A DNA stretch of 48,887 bases from sequence record SRR16203515_707. The stretch is one strand, 5' to 3'. The translations under genes were made by a program, and so were the position numbers. Each line of letters opens with the position of its first letter. The stretch's first letter is position 1. Below are positions 1-8,402 of the stretch, piece by piece. The notes below the pieces were generated by a model. It saw nothing but the letters and a program-made list of their open reading frames with translations, searched no databases and was not told the DNA's origin.

Positions 1-22
1 CCCGCCATGGCGGGGCTTCTTC
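1..22. terminator. Truncated GC hairpin/intrinsic terminator at the window edge
   Basis: CCCGCC-AT-GGCGGG followed by GCTTCTT; lies downstream of the minus-strand anti-sigma gene; left arm cut by the window start. Confidence 0.45.
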
Positions 23-188
23 GTGTCTGGCGTTCGTGTCTGGCGCTGATGTTGCCATTGCGCTGACCTTGCTCCCCATGGCCTGGGGGGACCTCCGAGA
101 GCATGGCGCCTCCCGCCCTGCACGGCGAGCCTCTGATGAGAAGGCATGCCGTGGCAGGGCGGGCGAGCCTGGGCAGAGAGTGCTCCCG

Positions 189-992
189 TCAGCTGTCGAT
201 CTGTCCCAGGTTGACCAGGCGGCCGATGGCCAGCACCTTGCCGGTCGGTTTGCCGGTCGGCGAACCACCGCTGGGCTCCAGTGTCATCTCGAGCAACTGG
301 CCCGGACTCATGCGGCCGATCTGTTGGGCGCTCAACTCGATACCTGCCACCGGGTCCACCAGACCCAGCGAACGCGGGCCCTCCGCTGGATCGGTCAGGG
401 TCCAGAGTTCGATGGCGCGATCCGTCGGACGCTCGATAGTGACCTTGGGTGTCAACTGAAGTCCGCCACCGGCCGTGACACTGGCGACCCAGGTCGGCGT
501 GGCAGGGTCTTCGAGAGTCTGCAGCACCGCGACCATGCGCTGCGCGGATGACTCGGGCACTTCGGTCGCCACTGGCGGGGTGCCATCTTGTGGTGATTGA
601 GGCGCGAAGGGTCCCACCTGCATCGCCAGAGCAAGGGCGAGTCCGGCGCCCAGCCCCAGACCCAGCCCGCCTCCCAGCCAGCGCCACAGCCAGGGGGCTT
701 GCGGAGCAGGAGCGCCACCCGTGTCATTGGCTGGCGTCGGAGTCTGCTTGAGGCGCGTCAGGCTGGCATCGATGCGTTTCCACAGCGAATCGGAGGCCGG
801 TTCCGGCGGCAGGCGATCACTGACGCTCAGCCAGTGCTGCTGCCAGCGAAGTGCCATGCGGGCGGCCTCATCGTCACGTTCTATCCAGGCGCGCACCTCG
901 GCTTCACGTTCGGGGTCCAGCAGGCCCAGGGTGTGTTCACCCAGCAACAGATTCTGCTCTTGTGGAGATTCGGGGATCGGGGAATGGTTCAT
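189..992 (-). CDS. Anti-sigma factor, RskA family
   Basis: N-terminal GEHTLGLL motif, one TM segment, C-terminal ELW...P.SLG and TLEP.GGSP.G.PTG.V motifs; its ATG overlaps the sigma stop (ATGA, 989-992). Confidence 0.88.
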   Translation of the reverse strand: MNHSPIPESPQEQNLLLGEHTLGLLDPEREAEVRAWIERDDEAARMALRWQQHWLSVSDRLPPEPASDSLWKRIDASLTRLKQTPTPANDTGGAPAPQAPWLWRWLGGGLGLGLGAGLALALAMQVGPFAPQSPQDGTPPVATEVPESSAQRMVAVLQTLEDPATPTWVASVTAGGGLQLTPKVTIERPTDRAIELWTLTDPAEGPRSLGLVDPVAGIELSAQQIGRMSPGQLLEMTLEPSGGSPTGKPTGKVLAIGRLVNLGQIDS

Positions 993-1567
993 CGTGACAG
1001 GCACTCCTGCAGTCGCTTGAGTCCGGCACGGATGCGACCCTTGATGGTGCCGAGCGGGGCGCTGAGTTTTTCGGCGATCTGCTCGTGGGTCAGGCCCTTG
1101 AAGAATGCCAGCAGAATGGGTTCGCGTCGTGGGGCTTCCAGCTCACCCAGACAATCGCTCAGCTGATGGGCTGTCTGACTGTCGTGTGCTGCCGCTTCCG
1201 GGTTGGCGAGCAAGTCGGCGAGGCTATCGAGCGCCTCGCTGTCACCGCGGGGCGTCCGTCCCTGGGCCCGCAGCTGATCCAGTGCACGATAGCGCAGGAT
1301 GGTGAACAGCCAGGCGCGGCCATTGCCGAGTTCACGGCGATATTGGCCGGCATTGGACCACAGCTTGATGAAGGCATCGTGGACGGCGTCCTCGGCCTGA
1401 TCCCGGCTGCCGAGCAGGCGCATGGCAAGTGCCAGCATGCGGCCGGACTCAAGGTCATAGAGGCGACGAAAGGCGGTTTCATCACCGAGCGCACAGGCCT
1501 CTATGGCACTGGCGTGGTCAAAGTCGTCCGGGTCTTGCGAACTTACGGGTGTCGTGTGTGCTGGCAT
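989..1567 (-). CDS. ECF sigma-70 factor (SigK-like, RskA-coupled)
   Basis: Region 2 AEDAVHDAFIKLW...AWLFTI and region 4 LTHEQIA...PLGTIKGRIRAGL; start at 1567 chosen for an upstream GGAG (ORF track extends to 1783). Confidence 0.9.
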   Translation of the reverse strand: MPAHTTPVSSQDPDDFDHASAIEACALGDETAFRRLYDLESGRMLALAMRLLGSRDQAEDAVHDAFIKLWSNAGQYRRELGNGRAWLFTILRYRALDQLRAQGRTPRGDSEALDSLADLLANPEAAAHDSQTAHQLSDCLGELEAPRREPILLAFFKGLTHEQIAEKLSAPLGTIKGRIRAGLKRLQECLSR

Positions 1568-1910
1568 CGGGGGCCCGACTCCATTGGCTGGGAATCCATC
1601 GTTCAGCTGACGGTAGTCGCCCCATGAGAGGTTGGCAAGTGACATGGAGAGAGCTCCAGAGTCGTGTGAACCCCTCGGCTGTGACATTGATGGAGCACGT
1701 CGAGGAGGCATGAAGGTGATTTGATGGCGAGACATGCAGAGCATGGCGTGCTGGTCCGGTCCCGTTGAGTCGCTGTCTGTCACACGCGGGCGTGGACCGG
1801 GACAATGTCTTGCGATATGCCTGAACTAACGCGCCATTCAGGCAATTGGATGTGCTGATATCGCCAAGGGTGGGTAGTGGCTTGATGCAGCAACGGAAAA
1901 TGCAGGTGCA

Positions 1911-1939
1911 TTGCCGCTGGTGAAGGGAGTCCGCATAAT
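1911..1939 (+). promoter_or_regulatory. Sigma70 promoter of nadK
   Basis: TTGCCG-N17-CATAAT about 25 bp upstream of the start. Confidence 0.6.
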
Positions 1940-1963
1940 GTTCTGCATGACAGCCCGGGAGGC

Positions 1964-2851
1964 GTGATGAAGCAGCAATTCAATACGATCGGCGTGATTG
2001 GTCGACTGGGCAGTGCTCAGGTAGTGGACACGCTCAAGCGCTTGATTCGCTTTCTTGAGGCTCGCCAGCTGGCGATGATCATCGAGGAGCGCACGGCGAC
2101 GCTGTTGCTTGACCATGGCCTTGAGGTGGCGAGCCGTCGTCAGATGGGCGAGCGCTGTGATCTGGTGATCGTGGTGGGCGGTGATGGAAGTCTGCTGGGC
2201 GCGGCGCGTGCATTATGTCGCAGTGGCACGCCGGTACTGGGCGTCAATCGCGGCCGGCTGGGCTTTCTCACCGACATCCGTCCAGATGAGCTGGAGGAAA
2301 AGGTCGCCGAGGTGCTCGAGGGTGACTACCTCAGTGAGCAGCGGTTCCTGCTGGAGGCGGAAGTCTTTCGGGACGGCGAGAAGATAGGCGCGGCGGACGG
2401 CCTCAACGATGTCGTGCTACACCCTGGCAAGGCGGCGCGGATGATCGAGTTCGAGCTGTTCATCGATGGTCAGTTCGTCTATTCCCAGCGCTCCGATGGC
2501 TTGATCGTGGCCACTCCGACCGGCTCGACCGCCTATGCGCTCTCTGGCGGCGGGCCGATCGTCCACCCGCGCCTGGAGGCCATCACGCTGGTGCCGATGT
2601 TCCCGCATACGCTGTCCAGTCGTCCGATCGTGATCGACGCGGCCAGCGAGATACTCCTGCACATCAGCGCCAGCAACACGACCTATCCCCACATCAGCTG
2701 CGATGGCCAGACTCAGGTCGTGGCCAAGCCCGGCGATGTGCTCAAGATTCGTCGCAAGCGCGAACGTCTGACGCTGATCCATCCGCTGGAGCACAACTAT
2801 TTCGAGATCTGTCGCACCAAGCTCGGCTGGAGCAACCGCCTCGGCGAATGA
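1964..2851 (+). CDS. nadK: NAD(+) kinase
   Basis: GGDGS, GVNRGRLGFL, LNDVV and DGLIVATPTGSTAYALSGGGP signatures; GGAGG RBS. Confidence 0.97.
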   Translation: MMKQQFNTIGVIGRLGSAQVVDTLKRLIRFLEARQLAMIIEERTATLLLDHGLEVASRRQMGERCDLVIVVGGDGSLLGAARALCRSGTPVLGVNRGRLGFLTDIRPDELEEKVAEVLEGDYLSEQRFLLEAEVFRDGEKIGAADGLNDVVLHPGKAARMIEFELFIDGQFVYSQRSDGLIVATPTGSTAYALSGGGPIVHPRLEAITLVPMFPHTLSSRPIVIDAASEILLHISASNTTYPHISCDGQTQVVAKPGDVLKIRRKRERLTLIHPLEHNYFEICRTKLGWSNRLGE

Positions 2852-2867
2852 CATCAAGGCAAGCAGC

Positions 2868-3935
2868 ATGAACGCATTCGTGGCGCCACGGGATGGCTAT
2901 GATCTGATCGGTGATGTGCACGGCTGTGGCGCCACGCTGGCGGCGCTGCTGGAGAAGCTCGGCTATCACCTGAAGGATGGCGTGTATCGTCATGCCACGC
3001 GCAAGGTGATCTTTCTTGGTGACATCATCGATCGTGGGCCTCGTATCCGACTGGCCGTCCAGTTGGCCAGCCGGATGGTGGAAGCCGGTGAGGCGTTGAT
3101 CGTGATGGGCAACCATGAATACAACGCGCTGGCCTATTGTCGGCGTGCACGCCTGCGGGAGAGTGGCGATCACCGTGATTTTCTGCGCCCGCATACCTCG
3201 CGGCACAATCGCATCATTCGCGAGACGCTCGATCAGTATCAGCATCATCCCGATGAGTGGGATGACGCATTGAGCTGGTTCATGCGCATGCCACTGTGTC
3301 TTGAACTGCCGTCGCTGGGAGAGGGCAAGAGTGGTCTGCGCGTGGTCCACGCCTGTTGGGATGAAGCGCTGGTGCGTCCGTTTCTGGCGCGCTTTCCGGA
3401 TGGCTGCATCGATGAAGCCTTCCTGCAGGACTCCGTCGACCCCTCGAGCTTTGCCTATCGGGTGCTGGATCGCCTGACTCGGGGGACCAGTCTGCGCTTG
3501 CCGGAGGGCGTCGAGATTCACTCGGGAGATGGCTTCACGCGCCGCAGTTTCCGGGCGCATTTCTGGGCGCGCGAGCCTCGCACCTATGGCGATGTGGTGT
3601 TCCAGCCCGACAATCTGCCGGGAGAGCTGGAGTCGCGCTGGTTGAGCGAGGGCGAGCTCGAGAAATTGCCGTATTACGGACCAGAGCAATTGCCATTGTT
3701 CCTGGGGCATTACTGGTGTGAAGGCGTGCCTGCGCTCCCGGCGACCAATATCGCCTGTCTCGATTACAGCGCCGTCAAGTGCGGTCGCCTGGTCGCCTAT
3801 CGCTTCAGTGGCGAAGCGACGCTGGATGCCGCCAATTTCGTCTGGGTGCCGGTGCCGCGCGAACCCTCGAGTCGTCCACTGCCGGAAGAGTTGCCGGCCG
3901 AGGAGTTGTCGGGGCGCGGTGAGATGAGGGGATAG
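2868..3935 (+). CDS. Calcineurin-like metallophosphoesterase (PPP/ApaH-like)
   Basis: GDVHG, GDIIDRG and GNHE motifs. Confidence 0.9.
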   Translation: MNAFVAPRDGYDLIGDVHGCGATLAALLEKLGYHLKDGVYRHATRKVIFLGDIIDRGPRIRLAVQLASRMVEAGEALIVMGNHEYNALAYCRRARLRESGDHRDFLRPHTSRHNRIIRETLDQYQHHPDEWDDALSWFMRMPLCLELPSLGEGKSGLRVVHACWDEALVRPFLARFPDGCIDEAFLQDSVDPSSFAYRVLDRLTRGTSLRLPEGVEIHSGDGFTRRSFRAHFWAREPRTYGDVVFQPDNLPGELESRWLSEGELEKLPYYGPEQLPLFLGHYWCEGVPALPATNIACLDYSAVKCGRLVAYRFSGEATLDAANFVWVPVPREPSSRPLPEELPAEELSGRGEMRG

Positions 3936-4035
3936 CGTGCTGGGCCATAGTCATATCTGCCGGTCCTTTCTCATTGCCATTGTTTTTTTCAATAAGAAGC
4001 CAGTGAACCAAAGCGCCATCCCGGACTCAGAGTAA

Positions 4036-4090
4036 GTGTTCCCTTGAATGATCCCTTGCTCAGTCCGGTGCCCCCCACCGGACTTTTTTT
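4036..4090 (+). ncRNA. Candidate small RNA (~55 nt)
   Basis: SigmaE-like promoter GAACCA-N16-TCAGA (4005-4031) directly upstream of a short ORF-less unit that ends in a strong terminator. Confidence 0.4.
4062..4090 (+). terminator. Rho-independent terminator
   Basis: AGTCCGGTG-CCCCC-CACCGGACT, a 9-bp perfect stem, followed by a T run. Confidence 0.85.
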
Positions 4091-4251
4091 ATGCCTGTCA
4101 GTTTGTCATCGCCGCCATCGCGGCTCTCCAGACAAGTCCCTATCCAGAGTGGCATCAGCTGGATCTGCCACCGACCGCCCATCGGCGCTCTCGACGTCGG
4201 GCTACTGTCGAGAGATGCCATCACGCTGACTTGTCACTGCAAGGACACTGC

Positions 4252-5142
4252 ATGTTCCAGGTTCTGACTCTAGACGACTCCTTCGATACGCTCGCACTGC
4301 GTCAGGCGCTGTGGGCGGAGAAAATCGGCCACCAGATCACCTCCGAGCGCGTCTCGACCCCTGACGGGGAGGCGGTGCGTCAGATGTTGTGGCTGGCGGA
4401 CCCCGAGCAGCTCCCCCGCGTGATCGCGATGCTGGAGCGCCACTCACGCGGAGAGCCGCTGCGCGATGAGGCTGCGGAGGCGTCGGGTTTCTCAAGCGGC
4501 GCATCGGGCGGTCTCTGGCAGCTCGTCAGACAGACCCCGCTGACATGGCTGGTCGGGCTCGCCTGTTGCCTCACGGTACTGTGTCAGTACGCGCTGGGTC
4601 AGGCGGCGGTGTTCAAATGGCTGGCCATCGTGCCCTTTGAGCTGGTGGGCAGTCAGCACATTGCACCGGCGCCGTTGTCCACGACACTGGCGGGGGAGTG
4701 GTGGCGGCTGTGGTCGCCTTCCTTGATGCATTTCGGCATTCTGCATCTGGTCTTCAATCTGCTGTGGCTATGGGTGTTCGGGCGCCAGATCGAGGCCATC
4801 GATGGCGCCTGGCGCTTCGCGCTGGTGGTGCTGGTGAGCGGGGTGGCTGCCAACCTGGCGCAGTACGCCACCGGCAGTGTGCTGTTCGGTGGGCTCTCGG
4901 GAATCGATTTCGCCGTGATCGGCTATGTCTTCATCGCGGCTCGTCGACGGCCGATGCTGGGCTATCAGATGCAGCGCTCGCTGATGATCTTCATGTTGAT
5001 CTATCTGGTGCTGTGCATGACACCGCTATCGAGTGCCATCGGCCTTGGGGCCATCGCCAATGAGGCGCATCTCGGTGGGCTGCTGGCAGGGCTGGTGCTG
5101 GGATTCGTGCTGCCGCGCCGCGCGCCGGGCGCCACGTCATGA
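4252..5142 (+). CDS. Rhomboid intramembrane serine protease (GlpG-like)
   Basis: EWWR, HFGILHLVFN, catalytic GLSG and AHLGG motifs; multiple TM helices; AAGGA RBS before ATG 4252. Confidence 0.92.
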   Translation: MFQVLTLDDSFDTLALRQALWAEKIGHQITSERVSTPDGEAVRQMLWLADPEQLPRVIAMLERHSRGEPLRDEAAEASGFSSGASGGLWQLVRQTPLTWLVGLACCLTVLCQYALGQAAVFKWLAIVPFELVGSQHIAPAPLSTTLAGEWWRLWSPSLMHFGILHLVFNLLWLWVFGRQIEAIDGAWRFALVVLVSGVAANLAQYATGSVLFGGLSGIDFAVIGYVFIAARRRPMLGYQMQRSLMIFMLIYLVLCMTPLSSAIGLGAIANEAHLGGLLAGLVLGFVLPRRAPGATS

Positions 5143-5250
5143 CAGCCAGGCGGATGACAATGATAGAATGGGCGCATTTTGCACGGCGTGGCGTCACGTT
5201 GCCCGCGTGGCGCTGCCCCCGCGCCGTGCTCCAGCATCAGGAGAACCCCC

Positions 5251-5529
5251 ATGAGTGACATGACTTTCGACGGGATGGTCGAACAGATGACCCCGGCCAT
5301 CTACGAGAGCCTCAAGCAGTCCATGCAGCTGCGCAAATGGCCGGACGGCCGGGTGCTGACCTCGGAGCAGGTCGAGCTGTGCATGGAGGCCGTCATCAAG
5401 TACGAGGTCCACAACAACGTGCCTGCCGAGTCACGTGTCGGCTTCATCGACAACGGTACCTGCGGTCCACGTGACGGTGACGACACTGCTTCACGCGATG
5501 AGCCGGAGCAGATCAAGTGGGTCAACTGA
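5251..5529 (+). CDS. YeaC/DUF1315 family protein
   Basis: MTP.IY..LK....L.KWPDG..LT.EQ pattern; AGGAG RBS. Confidence 0.85.
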   Translation: MSDMTFDGMVEQMTPAIYESLKQSMQLRKWPDGRVLTSEQVELCMEAVIKYEVHNNVPAESRVGFIDNGTCGPRDGDDTASRDEPEQIKWVN

Positions 5530-6464
5530 CACTGGATGATGCACTGGACGTCGATGGCGCACCTCAGCCCGCCGTGGAGTCGGTGACCCTGAAAGGGGAC
5601 ATCCGCAAGATGTCCATCGTGCCTGCCGGTGAGGCGCTTGCGATCGATACCTCGGCGGATGCGCAGTCAGTCTCGCGTGAGCCGCTGGCGGCCAGCTATG
5701 GCCTGCGACTGGGCGAGATCACCCAGCCGCTGAACGCCTATATTGGCCACAAGGTACGCCTGGACTTCACCGGTCAGATCCACTGCAGCCATTGCGGGCG
5801 CAAGACCAAGAAGAGCTTCGCGCAGGGGCATTGCTATCCCTGCTTTCGCAAGCTGCCGCAGTGTGATGGCTGCATCATGAAGCCGGAGACCTGTCACTTC
5901 GCGGAAGGAACCTGTCGTGATCCTCAGTGGGGTGAGGAGCATTGCTTCCAGCCGCATATTGTCTACCTGGCCAACTCCTCCGGCCTCAAGGTCGGTATCA
6001 CCCGCAAGACCCAGATGCCGACGCGCTGGTTCGATCAGGGTGCCATCCAGGCCTTGCCCATCGTCGAGGTCTCCAATCGTCTGCAGTCAGGGCTGGTCGA
6101 GGTGCTGTTCAAGCAGGCACTCAATGACCGCACCAACTGGCGCGCGATGCTCAAGGGCGATGTGGCCGAGCTGGATCTGGAAGCCGAGCGTGATGCACTG
6201 CTCGAGCAGATGGCCGAGGGTCTGGCGGCGCTGCAGGCGCATTGCGGGGAAGACGCCATCCGGGTACTGGATACCACGGCATTGGCCTTCGAGTTTCCGG
6301 TGCGTACCGCGCCGACCAAGGTCACCTCGTTCAACTTCGACAAGACACCCGTGGTGGAAGGCGTTCTCGAAGGGCTCAAGGGTCAGTATCTGATCCTCGA
6401 CAGCGGGGTGATCAATCTGCGCAAGTTCACGGGGTATGAGGTCGAGGTCCAGCTCGGCGAATGA
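5517..6464 (+). CDS. DUF2797 domain protein (Cys-rich)
   Basis: CSHCG.KTKKSFAQGHCYPC, YLANSSGLKVGITR, RW.DQGA, KGQYL motifs; exact start uncertain. Confidence 0.82.
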   Translation: MGQLTLDDALDVDGAPQPAVESVTLKGDIRKMSIVPAGEALAIDTSADAQSVSREPLAASYGLRLGEITQPLNAYIGHKVRLDFTGQIHCSHCGRKTKKSFAQGHCYPCFRKLPQCDGCIMKPETCHFAEGTCRDPQWGEEHCFQPHIVYLANSSGLKVGITRKTQMPTRWFDQGAIQALPIVEVSNRLQSGLVEVLFKQALNDRTNWRAMLKGDVAELDLEAERDALLEQMAEGLAALQAHCGEDAIRVLDTTALAFEFPVRTAPTKVTSFNFDKTPVVEGVLEGLKGQYLILDSGVINLRKFTGYEVEVQLGE

Positions 6465-6587
6465 CGTCGTCCCGTGTTGAAGAATAAGCTCAAGGCTAAT
6501 GAGGATGACAACGGCCGCGCTCCCTTCCAGGAGTGCGGGCGTTGTCGTATGGCCTGGGGATATCGAAGAAAGATGCCGGCCCGACTG

Positions 6588-6635
6588 GTTCAGCCAGCGG
6601 ATTCAGCCGGGGGATTCAGCCGGGGGATTCAGCCG
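6588..6635. repeat. 13-bp tandem repeat ATTCAGCCGGGGG (~3.7 copies)
   Basis: Copies at 6588 (degenerate), 6601, 6614 and 6627 (partial, contains the stop codon of the RimK-like gene). Confidence 0.9.
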
Positions 6636-8182
6636 AGCACGGGCTGGCGGCGCGCCTGCATGCGCTCCAGGAAGACCTGCATCACTCGATGGTAGAGCTC
6701 GCGTCCCAGCACGACATCCTCGACCCCCGCATCCAGATTGGGGTTGTCATTGACCTCGATGACCACCACGCGATCCTCGAGCTGTTTGAGGTCAACTCCA
6801 TAGAGCCCATCACCGATCAGACGTGTCGCCTTGAGAGCCGCCTTGATCACGGCGGGGGGCACGTCACTCGGGTCAACGGTGGCAAAGCCGCCGGAGCGGG
6901 TGCGGGCGCCGCTGTGGTCATAGATCTGCCAATGGCCACGCGCCATGTAGTAACGGCTGGCGAACAGCACCTTGCCGTCGAGCACGCCGATACGCCAGTC
7001 GAACTCGGTTGGGAGCCATTCCTGCAGCAGCAGCAGAGCGGAGTCATGGAACAGTCGCTCGGCTTCACGCACCAGTGTCTCCGGCCCGTCAATCTTGACG
7101 ATGCCGCGCGAGAAGGCACCATCCGGCACCTTCATCACCAGCGGATAGCGCATGTGCTGTCCGCGTTCGGCCAGCTGGCGCAGTTCGCCGCGATGAATCA
7201 GGCGCCCCTGTGGGGCGCTGAGGCCGCGAGCCTTCAGGAGCTCATGCAGGAAGACCTTGTTGGTACAGCGCAGAATCGACTGACTGTCGTCGATCACCAC
7301 CAGCCCTTCGTGTTCGGCTCGCTTGGCCATGCGGTAGGTATGGTGGTCCAGGCTTGTGGTCTCGCGGATGAACAGCCCATCGAATTCGGCCAGACGTCCC
7401 TCGTCACGCTTGGTGATCAGACTGACATCGATGCCCAGGCGGCGTCCCTCGCGGATGAAGTGCTTGAGCGCCGTACGATTGGACGGTGGCAGTGCCTCAT
7501 TCGAGTCCACCAGCATCGCCAGGTCGAAACGGTAGTGGCGGCGAGCCTTCGGGGTGCGCCAGACCTTGCGTGAATGGCGGTTGAGCGCCTGGGCAAAGCG
7601 ATCCTCGTCCGTTTCCGCCAGATGACTCAAGGATTGCGGGCGCACTCGCTTGAGGGTCCAGCGCTCGCCACGCGCCTCGAGTCGTACCTCGAGCAACGGG
7701 CAGGGCAGTCGCTCGAACAGCTTGCGACCGAGACGTGCCAGTGCGGGGTCATCGCTCTCACCGAAGGTCAGCAGCAGGTCGAGATGCGCATGCTTGCCGG
7801 TCTCGTGGGGGACTGTCTGCGGGGCGGGCAGGGCGCTCTTGCGCGTCAGCTCCTCAAGCAGCACACGGATGCTGCCCAGTTCCATGTCGATCAGTGACTT
7901 GCGCGACAGCTGGTTGAGCGTTTCCACCGACGGCAGGGCTTTCTGTCCGCGCGCCTGTGCCAGCAGCGAGACGTAATAGCCGATCCCGAGGTAATCGAGC
8001 CCGCCGCAGAGATTGATGACGTGGGTCGCGGGCTGCGGAGCGTCCTGGTCTGCCCGGGCCGTGGGCACGGAGCTGTCGTGGGAGAGCTCGGACAGAAAGT
8101 CGTGGGCGCTGATGACATCATCACTGGGATAGAAGGCGCGCCAGTCACTGACACGGTCAACCACGATACGCAGGCGGGACAT
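6629..8182 (-). CDS. RimK-like ATP-grasp ligase with N-terminal RLAN-type domain
   Basis: VINLC...YLGIGYYVSLLA.ARG N-domain; ATP-grasp NKVF, KVPDGAFSRG, QEWLPTEFDWR, YGVDLK, EVNDNPN. Confidence 0.88.
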   Translation of the reverse strand: MSRLRIVVDRVSDWRAFYPSDDVISAHDFLSELSHDSSVPTARADQDAPQPATHVINLCGGLDYLGIGYYVSLLAQARGQKALPSVETLNQLSRKSLIDMELGSIRVLLEELTRKSALPAPQTVPHETGKHAHLDLLLTFGESDDPALARLGRKLFERLPCPLLEVRLEARGERWTLKRVRPQSLSHLAETDEDRFAQALNRHSRKVWRTPKARRHYRFDLAMLVDSNEALPPSNRTALKHFIREGRRLGIDVSLITKRDEGRLAEFDGLFIRETTSLDHHTYRMAKRAEHEGLVVIDDSQSILRCTNKVFLHELLKARGLSAPQGRLIHRGELRQLAERGQHMRYPLVMKVPDGAFSRGIVKIDGPETLVREAERLFHDSALLLLQEWLPTEFDWRIGVLDGKVLFASRYYMARGHWQIYDHSGARTRSGGFATVDPSDVPPAVIKAALKATRLIGDGLYGVDLKQLEDRVVVIEVNDNPNLDAGVEDVVLGRELYHRVMQVFLERMQARRQPVLG

Positions 8183-8256
8183 TGAGTAGCCTCGAAGGGC
8201 GGGCACCGAAGCGGTGCCGAATGCAGCGCATCATGAAAAACAATCTCCGTCATCGC

Positions 8257-8294
8257 AATAGGTAAAAAGATGAAATAATTTCATGCAAATAGGT
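8257..8294. promoter_or_regulatory. Palindromic operator candidate in the divergent RimK-like/GNAT region
   Basis: Perfect ATGAAAT-A-ATTTCAT (8270-8284) flanked by AATAGGT direct repeats (8257, 8288) in an AT-rich patch. Confidence 0.5.
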
Positions 8295-8402
8295 CGAGAC
8301 AAGACGTGCCTGCATGCCCAGAATGCAGCGGATTGCTACCGCCCCACGACACCTTGATTTCAGGGCTGCCTCAGGGCGCTGACAGGCGGGAGAGCCTGCA
8401 TC

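Noticed and set aside
4028-4041. Short resemblance of CAGAGTAAGTGTTC to my recollection of the Spot 42 5' region
   Set aside because: Short and gapped; the rest of the sequence and the genomic context do not match; cannot be supported without an Rfam search
4048-4251. N-terminal ORF-track extensions (rhomboid; also glycerate kinase, tsaE, hflK, purA, DUF3549)
   Set aside because: Extensions lack family-like sequence or an RBS, and some cross terminators or neighbouring genes; downstream ATGs preferred
6588-6635. Repeats considered as a mini-CRISPR array (also 44509-44564)
   Set aside because: Units are contiguous 13- or 8-mers without spacers, and there are no cas genes
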